From the NCBI GenBank assembly GCA_000002445.1, contig AL929603.2:160001-224000 (forward strand): 64,000 bases of DNA, given 5' to 3'. Position numbers and translations under genes: made by a program. The stretch's first letter is position 1, and each line of letters opens with the position of its first letter. This document shows positions 11,001 to 21,844 of the stretch, piece after piece. Source of the stretch: Trypanosoma brucei (lineage: Eukaryota). The notes beneath the pieces were generated by a model that was not told the DNA's origin, did no database searches, and worked only from the letters and a program-made list of their open reading frames with translations.

Positions 11001-11864
11001 GGAAAGCTTCTCCTTGAATCTCACTCTGCCAGTTCGGTTACTCAGAAATGATACGCACCACTTCACAATGTGGGGTGATACCTTCATTCTGTGCATTTCC
11101 CTCGCAATTTTGTCGTGGTCTACTGTATCAAATGCCTTCTCGTAGTCAACGAATACAGCACCCGTACGATATTGGTGCGTGGGACGGCAGAGGGCAGCGC
11201 GGACGTGCAGGAGTTGTTCGAGCGTTGAGCATCCGGGGCGAAAGCCTGATTGCTGCGGCGTCAGCTGGGACTCAACAGTGTCTCTAAGTCTCGCGGCAAT
11301 TATGCGCTCCATGACTTTGCAGAGACAGCTCGTGAGCGTCACAGGCCTGTAAGAATCGAGGTCCTCCGCCTTTTTTCCGGCCTTCAGGATGGGGATGATA
11401 ACACCAGTCTTCCATGCAGGCGGCACGACTCCCGTTCGTAGGCTCTCATTGAATAGCCTCAGAACAACATTCAGCGCTGTTCTACAGAGATGTTGCAGTG
11501 CCTCGTTGTATAAGCAATCAGGTCCGGCTGCGGATCCACTCGGTAGCAGTTTGATCGATCTCCGTAGTTCAGCCATCGTGATGGGACTGAACTCACTCGC
11601 TATCGTCTTTATTGGTGCCGGTGGGTGTGAGTCGGGGTGCCTTCTTGCGCGGGACGAGTACAGTTTACTGAACCTCTCAGCTTGACAGTAGTCCGTGATG
11701 GCCGCGTTATCAACAAGTACAGCCGGTGTGGTTAGTGGTCGTGGCGCATATACCTTCTTGACAATGTGCCAACTGCAGCGGTCTGACACCGCAAGTCTGG
11801 AGCATAGCGTGCTCCATCTCTTCTTTGTGGTACGGTCCAGGATCTGCTTACGCGTGGCTACCAA
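8082..11864 (-). CDS. ingi ORF2 (RT/RNase H/zinc finger), copy 2
   Basis: 1260 aa, more than 98% identical to copy 1 ORF2 by eye. It has the same FADD, WTDGS and C2H2 motifs. Confidence 0.85.
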   Translation of the reverse strand: MVATRKQILDRTTKKRWSTLCSRLAVSDRCSWHIVKKVYAPRPLTTPAVLVDNAAITDYCQAERFSKLYSSRARRHPDSHPPAPIKTIASEFSPITMAELRRSIKLLPSGSAAGPDCLYNEALQHLCRTALNVVLRLFNESLRTGVVPPAWKTGVIIPILKAGKKAEDLDSYRPVTLTSCLCKVMERIIAARLRDTVESQLTPQQSGFRPGCSTLEQLLHVRAALCRPTHQYRTGAVFVDYEKAFDTVDHDKIAREMHRMKVSPHIVKWCVSFLSNRTGRVRFKEKLSRSRTFERGVPQGTVLGPIMFIIVMNSLSQRLAEVPLLQHGFFADDLTLLARHTERDVINHALQCGLNVVLQWSKEYFMSVNVAKTKCTLFGCIERHPLTLQLDGERIGADRTPKLLGVTFQCLQGMATHAAETRRKMDFRLLQIAAISASTWGPRRQVLRAFYLALVQAHTMYGIEVWYWDASERSRDLLASAQHKASRIIAGIPHGTRKEDSLLEANLLPLKTTTLVRSMKFMLMCESRGGCLRRSAEEVYHSKHPVRALHSRIMRSYPHLRIEPREHPLETSTLRHSCRPIFHTQIKPVCADDPDDVKREASEKWIERHFARRGKEPPRREHYELWTDGSVSLGEKSGAAALLYRNNTLICAPKTGAGELSCSYRAECVALEIGLQRLLKWLPAYRTTPSRLSIFSDSLSMLTALQTGPLAVTDPILRRLWRLLLQVQRRKIRIRLQFVFGHCGVKRNEVCDDMAKKAADLPQLRDTWIPDIIAYAKRVLRSEEVHENTHRFGITGNHFPTKHKEELTREEETALARFRVGSSRHYGWMLRKINPSVPPQCRWCNPQHAEIGPTIQTAPTVATRTLQRTSEPTKCTECDATYQCRSSAATHMVNKHGFVRADALRRIKYGDATPAVDIPPEPPPVVAIVPLPSSTRVPMRPQVLHCTICASKFAVPGRLLHHLRTIHGIGSGSCRVKRGRENEDSVQGDGKAPAAPASQDTRKLPFQCDLCEASFGTRSSLTLHKKFKHKSIVTEDGTVVLVQFPRKRAREGNVDVPGKGEVQCGVCQKVLSCRDSLIRHCKAFHKGEVVELKCSKSTKLCATDSPHTNTSMLVCPTCGRQCASKTGLTLHQKKMHGMKVERAVTSQRGDCEETSLHLMSCPGLKELRVRFAVEGECVQDVCFSKRLAQFLIAVERSRPQVKSSPKVTVIQPTLPSATSPLIAECGASRKSIGRRNSPDTLRDRGGMQSTSNRNRKRRRE

Positions 11865-13006
11865 CTTTTCCCTTCGGCGGGAGGGTCCGCATCCAGCGAT
11901 CTCTTCATCGAGTTTCGCGAGCGCAGGTGTCCAATGCGGATGGCGGAGCTCAATTTCTGTTCCAGGGTGTTGACGTTCTTCTCTCTACCAATTTTCCTGC
12001 AGAGCTCGTCAACCTTGAGACGGAAATTCCTCCAGTTAGCTTTTAGCCATGCGTACATGGGCTTTCGAAGCCGCGGGCAACTCAGTGCATCTGTGTCGTC
12101 TCCAACGATAACGTCGAAAAATATGTGATGGTGATCGCTATCGGGAGAATACAGCGATGTCCACGTGTACACTGTGCAATTCCTTGACAGTGTCACATCA
12201 GGGGTGGACTCCCCGTGGTGGCACGCGTACCTGGTGCACTCACCAGTGTTGCAGACCAGAAACTGGTTGTCAATGCACCACTGTGTGAGGGTTTCACCCT
12301 TGGTATTTGGTGGGCTCGCGCGATCCCATGCCAACGCGTGTGCGTTAGCGTCTGCACCGATGAGCTGGGCACCGTCAGTCGTCAGAAGCGTATCTAGGTC
12401 AGTTGCCGTGAAGGTGTGTTTTGGTGGGATGTATGCCGACGTGACAGTCAGCGCCGTTCCACGTGCAAGGTGAATTGTTGCATGCACTTGTTCAATGCGA
12501 CCAATAACGGCCATACCGGTCTCGACTGGTAGGTCCTCCCTCACTAGTATTGATACACCACCTCCTTTGCAGTTACGAGCTATTCCGTGATGTTGGTAGC
12601 CAGCAACGCTAAAGCAAGCCGCCTCTCCAGGCGTCATCCTTGTCTCGCTCAACAGACAAAAGGCGATCCGCTCATCAACAAGGGTTTTGTGGAGTGCTAA
12701 TCTCTTTCCTTGAGATAGCCCGGCGCAGTTCCACTGCATCCCGCGCAACGACGGGCCGGGATTCTCTTCCACATCACCGGACAGCAGCATCTTAGTGCGG
12801 ATGATACTGCTGATGGCACGCTGGCACGTGCCCAGGGACCGACAAATGAAAAACGGTGTCCCAGCAAGACGCTGCTGATCCCTGTGCTGTATGATGCCGT
12901 AGCCGGAGCACAGCAGTGTTCCCCATGAAAGGAACGCTGCTGGCTCTTGGCTTCCCCCGATGATACGGGGTACTGGACCCTGGCACCACGTTGAGGTGGC
13001 CGGCAT
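11858..13006 (-). CDS. ingi ORF1 (2A + endonuclease), copy 2, open from the element's first ATG and fused in frame to upstream RHS codons
   Basis: The frame is continuous from MPATSTWCQGPVPRIIGG... through IIRTKMLLSGDVEENPGP into the endonuclease domain and ends at TAG. It is part of the single ORF 11858-14089. Confidence 0.8.
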   Translation of the reverse strand: MPATSTWCQGPVPRIIGGSQEPAAFLSWGTLLCSGYGIIQHRDQQRLAGTPFFICRSLGTCQRAISSIIRTKMLLSGDVEENPGPSLRGMQWNCAGLSQGKRLALHKTLVDERIAFCLLSETRMTPGEAACFSVAGYQHHGIARNCKGGGVSILVREDLPVETGMAVIGRIEQVHATIHLARGTALTVTSAYIPPKHTFTATDLDTLLTTDGAQLIGADANAHALAWDRASPPNTKGETLTQWCIDNQFLVCNTGECTRYACHHGESTPDVTLSRNCTVYTWTSLYSPDSDHHHIFFDVIVGDDTDALSCPRLRKPMYAWLKANWRNFRLKVDELCRKIGREKNVNTLEQKLSSAIRIGHLRSRNSMKRSLDADPPAEGKSW

Positions 13007-13014
13007 CGCCAGGG

Positions 13015-13026
13015 TGTATAACAAAA
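13015..13026. repeat. 12-nt target-site duplication tgtataacaaaa (right copy) of ingi copy 2
   Basis: It is identical to 7787-7798. It lies between the ingi 5' end and the RHS codons ...GSFLLYT. Confidence 0.8.
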
Positions 13027-14089
13027 AGGATCCCACGGAAAACGATTTACCAATACCAGGTGTACCAACAAGAACATTGGATGCCCGGTCGATATTCAGC
13101 TTGCCCATAAGCCACTGGTTAAGCCGTTCCTCAACCTTATGCCACACCCTCAGTGCTTCCCTACGGATATAAACGTCATCGTTAAAAACGTGATCCACTC
13201 CCTTCTTGTGATTAATATCATAATCCACTATGTCCGACAGGAAAAACGTGCACGGCCAACCCATTTGAGATGTAAGCACAGCAATCTCCAAGTTACCGTG
13301 ACGGGGAAGTGGTTCCTTCATAGTTTCCGGAGTGTGACTGACATCAACCTCCTCCTTCGTCCACATGTGCGGTGGCCTTCCATCGAACACTTTCATGCCA
13401 AGTCGCTCTGTATTATAACCCGACATCACATAACTCCATTTTGCATTATATATGGAATCATAAACATCTGGGAGTTCGGCACCACCGGCTGTTTGGGCAG
13501 CTCTCTCCCATACTTCCTTGGCGACCTCCAGTGCTCCATCCAACCTTCCCCTCGCCACGGGACCAACAAATTCCCTTATTTCCACTGTCCCCCTCCTTTC
13601 CCACTGCCGGAGATAGTAAATTTCCTTTTCGTCAAGGTAGTCTACCTTCTCAGACAGATCAATAGCTGTCTTCACTGTTTTAAACTCATTAGTGCCTTGT
13701 ATATCCTCAAGAATCTCGGCATCAACAATATATCTTCTGGGATTCTTAACAAAAATAGGCATCCTAACATTTTCTGCCTCAGCCACCGCAAAAGTCCCGC
13801 CAACGAACTCCTGAATAAAGTCGTTCACTGTCATTTTACGCAAACCCTCATACCGTTGCAGCAGCGCATCTTCCAGCAGCACATCCCTCACCTTACTATT
13901 CATTGTCCAATTGGGCCCCCCTTCATTTCCCTGGCGGATTTGTGGAGGCTGAGCAGCAGCAGCAGGAGGAGGAGGAGGCGGCGGTACATTTTCATCCCGT
14001 GGCCTCCTCATGGGCCCTTCAAAATTATCTGCCACTTGTTGATTTTCATTATTTCCTTGTGGAGCTGCGGGACTATTTGCTCTTGACAT
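13015..14089 (-). pseudogene. RHS protein gene, N-terminal ~358 codons (Pro/Ala-rich N-terminus, P-loop GTPGIGKS), interrupted at the hot spot by ingi copy 2 and reading in frame into it
   Basis: Sequence MSRANSPAAP...PPPPPPPAAAAQPP...VSHTPETMKEPLPRHGNLEIAVLTSQ...LVGTPGIGKSFSVGSFLLYTL, followed immediately by the ingi 5' end. The minus strand carries a GGA/GGC/GCA triplet-repeat-encoded Pro/Ala tract at about 13930-13990. Confidence 0.75.
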
Positions 14090-17000
14090 AACTCTCTTAA
14101 TATTATTAACTTAACTTCCTTTCCTTTTCTTTTTTCTCTGAAATTATAAATAACTGAAGTAAAATAATAGATAAGAAAACAATAGCGGGTGAACAGTGTA
14201 ACATAATATCAAATGTGATAGAGCAAGATAATGTTTATTCACTATAGTTTGTATAATATGATATCATAATGTATTTGGTATTGAGAGGAACAATTCCAAA
14301 ATATGGCAGCTGTAAATAAATATTTCCCTTGCTTCATTATCATGTGCTAAATGTAATATATTCCTGTATCATTCTTTTTAAACCATATATAATATGGAAA
14401 CAAAAAATATTACTGCCTCATATACCTGCGTAAACACTTCGTATATATAATCAATATTTAAAGAGAGTCAAATTCTATTAATTAAAATCAAGTAAAACAA
14501 TAAACAAAAAATTTTATGGATATTAATGAAACGAAGAAAAAGAGTATCGGCACAACACATACATATACACACACAACTGCACAACTGTAAAAATGCTTCT
14601 TTGTATATCCTCTCCATTTTTACAATTCATAATATTCAGTTTCATTGATAAACTCATTGAAAATATAAATCACCTATCCCCTCCCCCGTGTATTCACTTA
14701 CTTCCGAAGGAGAATATTAAATAATGTCTGTAGGACAGGTAAAAAAAACTGATAGTCTTTTTGCATCAGATAACCAGAGAGTATTTCCGTTTACTTTCAT
14801 AATAAACAAAAACATTCTTTCACCATCAGTAGAAATAAAATTGAATTACTTGCCTACTCACTGTTCACAACTGTCAACAACTAATTCAGCGACACACATT
14901 CATATGAATCTTATGTGTCATCATTGTTTCATTCATTCACACATCTTCCATGATGGTGATGATACAACATATGAAAAATAATTGGAATAAAATTAACACA
15001 ATTAATTGAGGAAACCATGAAAGATTATTATAACATATCTTTTATTTTCCCTCCTTTCATTTACACAAATTAAATATGTAATGAGACAATTCCTTTTCAG
15101 TACGTGTCCACACTTATTGTATCATCATTGTAAGTTTCCTATTGCTCACATACACAAAGTTATTGGAATAACAAAAAAATAAAACAACACATCTAAACAA
15201 CTTGAAATAATATAACAAATAAAGGTAATAAAGAGAATGAGAGTGAGCTGACAGATAATAAAATGAAACACGTCTCGTACTTTCCTTCTAAATATTCAAT
15301 AGTTGGCGGATTACAAATAAAAACAATTACACATTATAGAAAGGAAGGGATATAATTACATTATACACCTGCATGTGGATATGTAACAGTAAGTCATAGT
15401 AGAAATGAATTGCCTAAACACAATAGTTATGGAAGATAAAATAATTCAAAATATCAATAATATTATTCTATCAACATTCCCTTCCTTCTCCATTAAGTTT
15501 CCAAATGGTTTCAAATAATAATTCACATAATTCCATACATATGTTACGATGGGCATTGCATGCAGTACAATTTAAAGGAAGTGTAACTCATATAACATTT
15601 TCAAAAAAAAAAGGTATTAAATGACTGTTTGCTACCATCAATTACATTTCCAATGCCTAATTACACTTTTATATGCATGAAAGAAGTTACTGATGATAAC
15701 TTTGACATGCTCGAGAATTCATAACACAAAGCGACAGCTGCATGCAATTAAAAATAAAACATAAAAATAACATCCGAATTCATTTACTGACAGATGAGTG
15801 CAATTCATTCACCCAAACTTCATAGCTGCAAACATAAACTCGTTGTTGCCGATAGGAAATAATCCCGCATAAATATTGAGTATCTGAAAATGATAGCAAC
15901 GGGTTTCCATTTTTGAAATATATACATAAACTACGTGAGGTATATGAAGCCATATTGGTAAAGTGTTACTACGCATGTTGCAATTTAATATCAGAAGTGT
16001 CTGCCTTATTTTATTTCTTGTGTTACTGTAACTCATGAGTATTATTCATTATTCTTTACAATACAACTGTAAGTCATTTTGCATTTTTACATATTTTCTT
16101 ATTCTCTCATACTGGAAGTATTCCACATATAAGATTCCTCAATATCGTTCACAAAATAAAAATAATTTTATTTACTTCTGCATTCAGTTTCTTGTGCAGC
16201 AGTGTGTACACTAATCATCCATAAAGTTTTTAATTTGCCAAATACATCATTACGAAACTATTTTCCACAAATAAACAAACAAACAAATCATTGGGACAAT
16301 ATCTTTGAGATATTTCCTTCACTATATTTGCAGTTCAGCAGTAATTAAAAGAAACATTTCTGTATAATTCAGCACATGGTGGAAATGCAAAGAAATGTGA
16401 TGGTACTTATAATCCATAAGTTCCCAATTTTCCTCATACGGTCTCCTTTCATGCCTTTACATCCATATATAATTCACAGAGAATTACTGCAATTTCTTTC
16501 ATATGCTTTCAGGATTCCATATGTCACAATACAAATAATATATATATATATATCCTCCTACATAATTTGGACAGAATATTGCTTAACATATAAATTATCA
16601 CAAACCTACGATATTACACTCTTCCTAAGAATAATAGAATCAAATTATTTCTATTTTGCATCATTACATGAAGCTTCGGAAAAGGAAAAAAAAAAAAGAA
16701 TAAAACAAAAGGTAATGTAAAGAACACAGTTTTTTAATACAGATTATAACTTGTTTGTGAATTTCAGATGCAAACACAAAATGTTCAAACAGGAAAACAG
16801 TAAAGGATAGTACTGGTGATGTAAGCACAAATTAACCAAAAATAGAAACATAAATAAAATTGAAACTTATAAAAACACAAATATATATGATACAAATATT
16901 TACCACATATTATAATTCGCCACCCTCACACTTGAATTACAAAGAGGACATAACACGCATATGTGGTAAAGCTAATACAACTCGAATATACGTATGCGCC

Positions 17001-20000
17001 ATCTCCTTAACATAATCATTCTAATATTTAGTATGTCTGTGTGTGTGTGTGTAGTGATGATGAAATGTAATCGGCAGTCCCTTGACTCGGAATGCGGTAT
17101 TAACATGTCTCAGATGTTAAGCACTGTTGCACTACAAAGGATGTCATTCGCCTTTTTTTTTCCTTTTTGCGCAAACAAAAAATAAAAAGAAGAATACAGG
17201 GGTTTTAGCGGATAACTAGCTTTTTGAATCGTAGGAATATATTATGAAGCTTGTACCGTAGTCTACTCAGTGTTTTTTTATTTTTTATTTTTTGACTTCT
17301 TCTGATTCTATCTATTTTTATCCATGTTTATAAATGATACTTTTTGTGAAAGTTATAACAAGAAACCAATCCGTATTTCCTGTCAATGTCCTCGTCAGTG
17401 CTAAATTTTCGCCATGGTGCCGCGGCAAAACAACTTTCTTATTTCATTGAGCAGTTATGCTTGCAGAAGAAAACAGGATGAAAATAATCAAGACCTCACC
17501 AACAGGGTCCAGACATCCTTCAAAAAAGAACGAACAAAGAAGTTAACCACACAACCCTTCTTACAAATGAGCGTCTGTCAATGTGCAAGAAAAAACAATG
17601 GCTCTTCGACTGCATGCAACACTAGAAACGATATCAGCGGCTTCAATCCCACAGTTAAAGTCACTTGACGAAACACTCCGCACATGAGACCTTTGCAAAG
17701 CAATGTATTTGCTATTTAAAAAGAAAACGCATTCCTTCACGTGCCGTTTCAACAAACTGCTAGCCTAGAACTAAGAGTATCAACACACACACAGGTGATA
17801 TCTACGCGTCGAATATTTGCTGCCCAGCTGACTCCAAACTCACAAAGAGGAAACCAGACGTAACCACTTACAGCCCAGCCGCTAGTGTCATTTAAGTACA
17901 TACAAATACACAACAGCAATCATTGTCACCCCACTAACTTTAGGTGCCGTTAAAAGCACATTTAACAAACGTGATGCCCGACTCCAATTGTGAAAGTCAC
18001 TTGTCACGCACCCGCCCCGCCCCCATCCCCACCAATTCTACAGGATGGTGGAAACGAAGCGGCAAAGGAGGAGCGGTGCGGCGCTGTTAAAATAGAGCAG
18101 CTGCGCATCAGTCGCGTTGATTTTGTGGAATGCGGAGAAACCACCAGTTGAGTTTCGAGAGAGGGATGCCTCCCACGGAGCCGTGACGGCAGAATATGAT
18201 GTAGACGTCGCGATTCTTTTTTTTTTTTTGTTTTGCTGCAACCCCCCGAAATGCGTTGAAACGCAAAGAACTACCGCCACCCCCAAAGCAAAAACGTTGG
18301 GGAGAAAAAGCGGAACAATGTGTGGGTTGTGGCGCTGAAACCGCAATTACCAACTGGCGGGGTGGATGGACCGCGACATGTGAGCGGGCAAGGGGAGGCA
18401 TCGCTGTTTGTGGAATGTGGGGAAATGTAAGAAAAGAGACCACTAAATATGATAACGATGTCAGAGCAGCGAATATGAGAAGCGTCCAATTCCGTTTAGA
18501 AACCCTGTCCGGAATTTCTGTCCGTAAAACAACAACTGGCAGCGCCAACGAATTAGGGACAGAGGGCTGCGGGGTGTGAGCAAAGAAGGAAACAACAATG
18601 GGCCACAACCACACCGAATCAGAAAGTCCACATAAAAGTAACCAAATACTCGCAGCTCAAACGCTCAAATGTTGGATACGCAGAAGGTGACACGACGGAA
18701 GGAATATTATCCAGCGCTTAGAAGCATGTCACCACCGCAACGACTCCTCAGAAACTGGACAGCTTCAAGTGTGGAGTGGCGGCTTACATATGAACGCAGT
18801 GAATGTCAAAGAAGGGGTGAAAGGCACAGCGGGAGGAATGGCAAAGCAAAAAAGGCAGGGGGGCGGTGCCAAGACTCCCGAGCAGCCATCCGCTAAAACC
18901 TACGGCATATGACATGTGTGGTATGGCCATCGCAGCGCAGGAGGAACTGTTGCAACGAATCAGACGTGACTGTTATGGGCCCGTCACTGCCTTCAGAGAC
19001 TTTTTCAAACTCAAGGAAAGAGCGGAATGCGACAGAGTGATGCTGACGTGTGCAGAAGTCTGAAGGCATTATATCAGCGAGGTCTGTGGTGACTAAAAGC
19101 CTGAGTTGGATGCATGGTTAGAAGAGTGGTGGATCCTGCGAATAGTTGAAAGTAGGGTGCCTGTACTTTATTTCTCATATACTCGTATGCTCCGTATACA
19201 AAATATAAATGAGAAATGGATCTCACAAACACGCCAGAGAAGTGGATGTGTTTCTTTGCAATGTCCAGACAATTCGCACTAAGACTCTTAAAGCTACTGG
19301 ACCGAAGGAACCTCACGACCGTGTGCAGCTGGCAAACGTGCGAAAATGGAGAGCTGGCCGGCATCTCACCCTCTACTCAGCAGTTGCTCCCAACTGGAAT
19401 ATCGGGGATTATGGATGGTGTGTAAAGCTCACCGTTTCGTGGATTCTTCTGAATAGCAATGGAATCTGAAGGTTAACTCAAAGAATTAAAATGTTGAACA
19501 GACCTGGTGACCCACGTGGTCTTTTTTGTGTAAAAAATGCCGGACTGCCTTACTGCATCCCTTCGCGTGCATGCAAACTGAGCACAACGCAATGTCTCCT
19601 TTATTATTTGAAGCATGAAAGCTCATGGATCATAGCCATGTGACAGAACGCCTTGATTACGTTAGACTGATAGGACCGCTGTGTATTTTTGTCGTTTATG
19701 TTGGGATGTGCATTTGATAGTAGCATCTGTTAATGTACAATCATTCTAGTGGATTCGGCACATTACAGTGATTTCTGTTGAGAGTTCCTTTCCCCCCTCA
19801 CTCCGAGTAGATGTGGGGTAACTGGTTTCCTTTCTGACGCTAACATGGTTTGCCAGCTCTGTTTGGCAAAGTTACGGTATCATCACGCACAGTTTCGCAA
19901 ATTGTCCGTAAAGCTGTTTTGAATCCATGTTGCGGTTGTCACGAATCAGAAAAATTATAACGGAGACGGGTCTGCAATAAGGCATTGTGAGTAAGCGGCA

Positions 20001-21844
20001 ATACTGCGTGTCAAGTAACGTCACATCATGATGATTACAGTGCTGCTTCACAACTTCAGCATAGGGGAATGGCGGAATCGTTTCAAATGCGGAACAAATA
20101 ATGAGAGTCCAAATCTCCCTCTTAAATTCCCGTGACCACATAAACTGTATGCAGGTGAAACATTTATCAAGGAAACTGTATTTACGAGACTTAATCTAAG
20201 GAGAGATTAGGAATGCAGATACTTCATGCCTTCATTGAACAGTCGTACATCAGACCTGTCAAATCCATTAAGTGACTGAGGAGTTAACCTATTTTAAGGT
20301 GTATGGACATGGAGACATGGTTAGAGCAACCAACAACCAGTATTCAGTATAGTTGGCTTATGTGAAACCAAAGCATATGCATCCGTGTATGTTCAACCTG
20401 ACAGCTTCGCTTACCCTTTTGTTAAGCTATAAGACACTCTTCCAGGTGTATGCAACAAAATACAGTTATGCGCGTGATCTTGCGAGTGAGGATGATAGTC
20501 TACAGGAAGCATGCGAAACAGGAAAAATATATTGAGCTGCTCTGAATCCATTTCATGCAGAATGTAAGAGCACAACCCGGCTGATATTTTCGTATTAACC
20601 AACATACTAAAGAATGATTTAAGAAGCAGGAAAAAGTTGATCCAAACTGCACTTGGCCTGGAGTTGTTTCCAATGCTCCTAGATAATATTGTGTATGCGT
20701 ATGGAGGTTCATTACTTTTTGAGGGAGTATGAAAAAGGATGATGGACAGAAACTGTTCGGAAGATGACAATATTTACCATTCTTTTTATTAGGTCGATAT
20801 CGTTTTTGTGATGCCTTAACGGTTTAGTATATATGAGTGCTTTACACTCGTTTTATTTGAACACAAATCACTGCATACACAAACACGAGTGCCAAGCTTC
20901 TTATAGAGATATTTCAATACCTGGAAAAAGGGACCGGGACGCAAAGTTTGGGAATGGAATTTCCCCGCCCGTAACGGTGATTATCTAAGACGCTCAATCA
21001 GCACATTTCCGCCTGTCCACAGTTAATCGGAAACCGTAGTGCCCATATGTCTCCCTAATTACTGTTGTCCCTTCAGTTTTCACAGTAGATGTTTCAATTG
21101 GTTTCTGTGGCCGAGGTAAATAAAGCGTATGTGTCATATCCTGGAGGTGTTTCCATGTGTCTTCGCTTTCCGTTTTGTCACTGCGTTTGGGCTCACGCAA
21201 TGACATTAATTGAAATTTCAGGCCACTACCATAGATGGGTGGCTCGTGGAGAGAGTGAGGATTGGGATTATTCTAACAGCTTTGTGGTTGTGTGTGCAGT
21301 GCTTTTGGAAAATATTGCAGCCAATGAAAGGGAAGGCAAGTGTCACCTTACTTTCCATGCTGCGACATCAATGCATCACGATTATATGCTAGTTGCCCTG
21401 AGAGGGAAGGCCGTGAAGGCGAAGGTTAGCTTCCGGTTTAAGGAAGTGTAGAGACTTCCTGATACTACTGTCAGAAACTACTGTTACTGCGTGCTTCAGG
21501 CACTGGGTCAGTAATTCATAAATACAACAACGAGAATAAAATTAATCCCTTGTGACTGCTAAGCGTGTAAGCAACTGAGAATAATAAACAGTATATTTTT
21601 GCCACACTTTATTGATTTCTTTATATATACAAAAAACCTCATTACATTTATCATTTCTTTTGTGCCCAAAGACTGCTGAATGAAGGTTAGGATTACTGAC
21701 CATAACACATTTTGGCATGCACCTCAATTACTTCCTTATAACACTTCCCCCCCTCGTTTGATTCATCGCTTAGCTCTATTATTAAAAAAGAAAAAGCATT
21801 TCCTCAACACTCAGCACCTCAAGGAATCGGAAACGGGAACTACA

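Larger units (their letters stand above)
7799..13014 (-). mobile_element. ingi non-LTR retrotransposon, full length (copy 2), minus strand; poly(T) 7799-7814
   Basis: It is the reverse complement of copy 1 over about 5.2 kb. It is flanked by the perfect 12-nt duplications at 7787-7798 and 13015-13026. The 5' end at 13014 is the canonical ccctggcgatgccggccacc. Confidence 0.9.

Noticed and set aside
13139-14086. 315-aa plus-strand ORF opposite the RHS N-terminus
   Set aside because: It is antisense to a recognisable RHS coding sequence. It is low-complexity (Ile/Leu/Pro-rich) and driven by the Pro/Ala triplet repeat on the other strand.
14100-17400. Possible centromeric or satellite repeat in the 3-kb AT-rich block
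   Set aside because: No higher-order periodicity is visible. There are only short microsatellites ((TA)n, (CAAA)n) and homopolymers. It looks like ordinary trypanosome intergenic AT-rich DNA.
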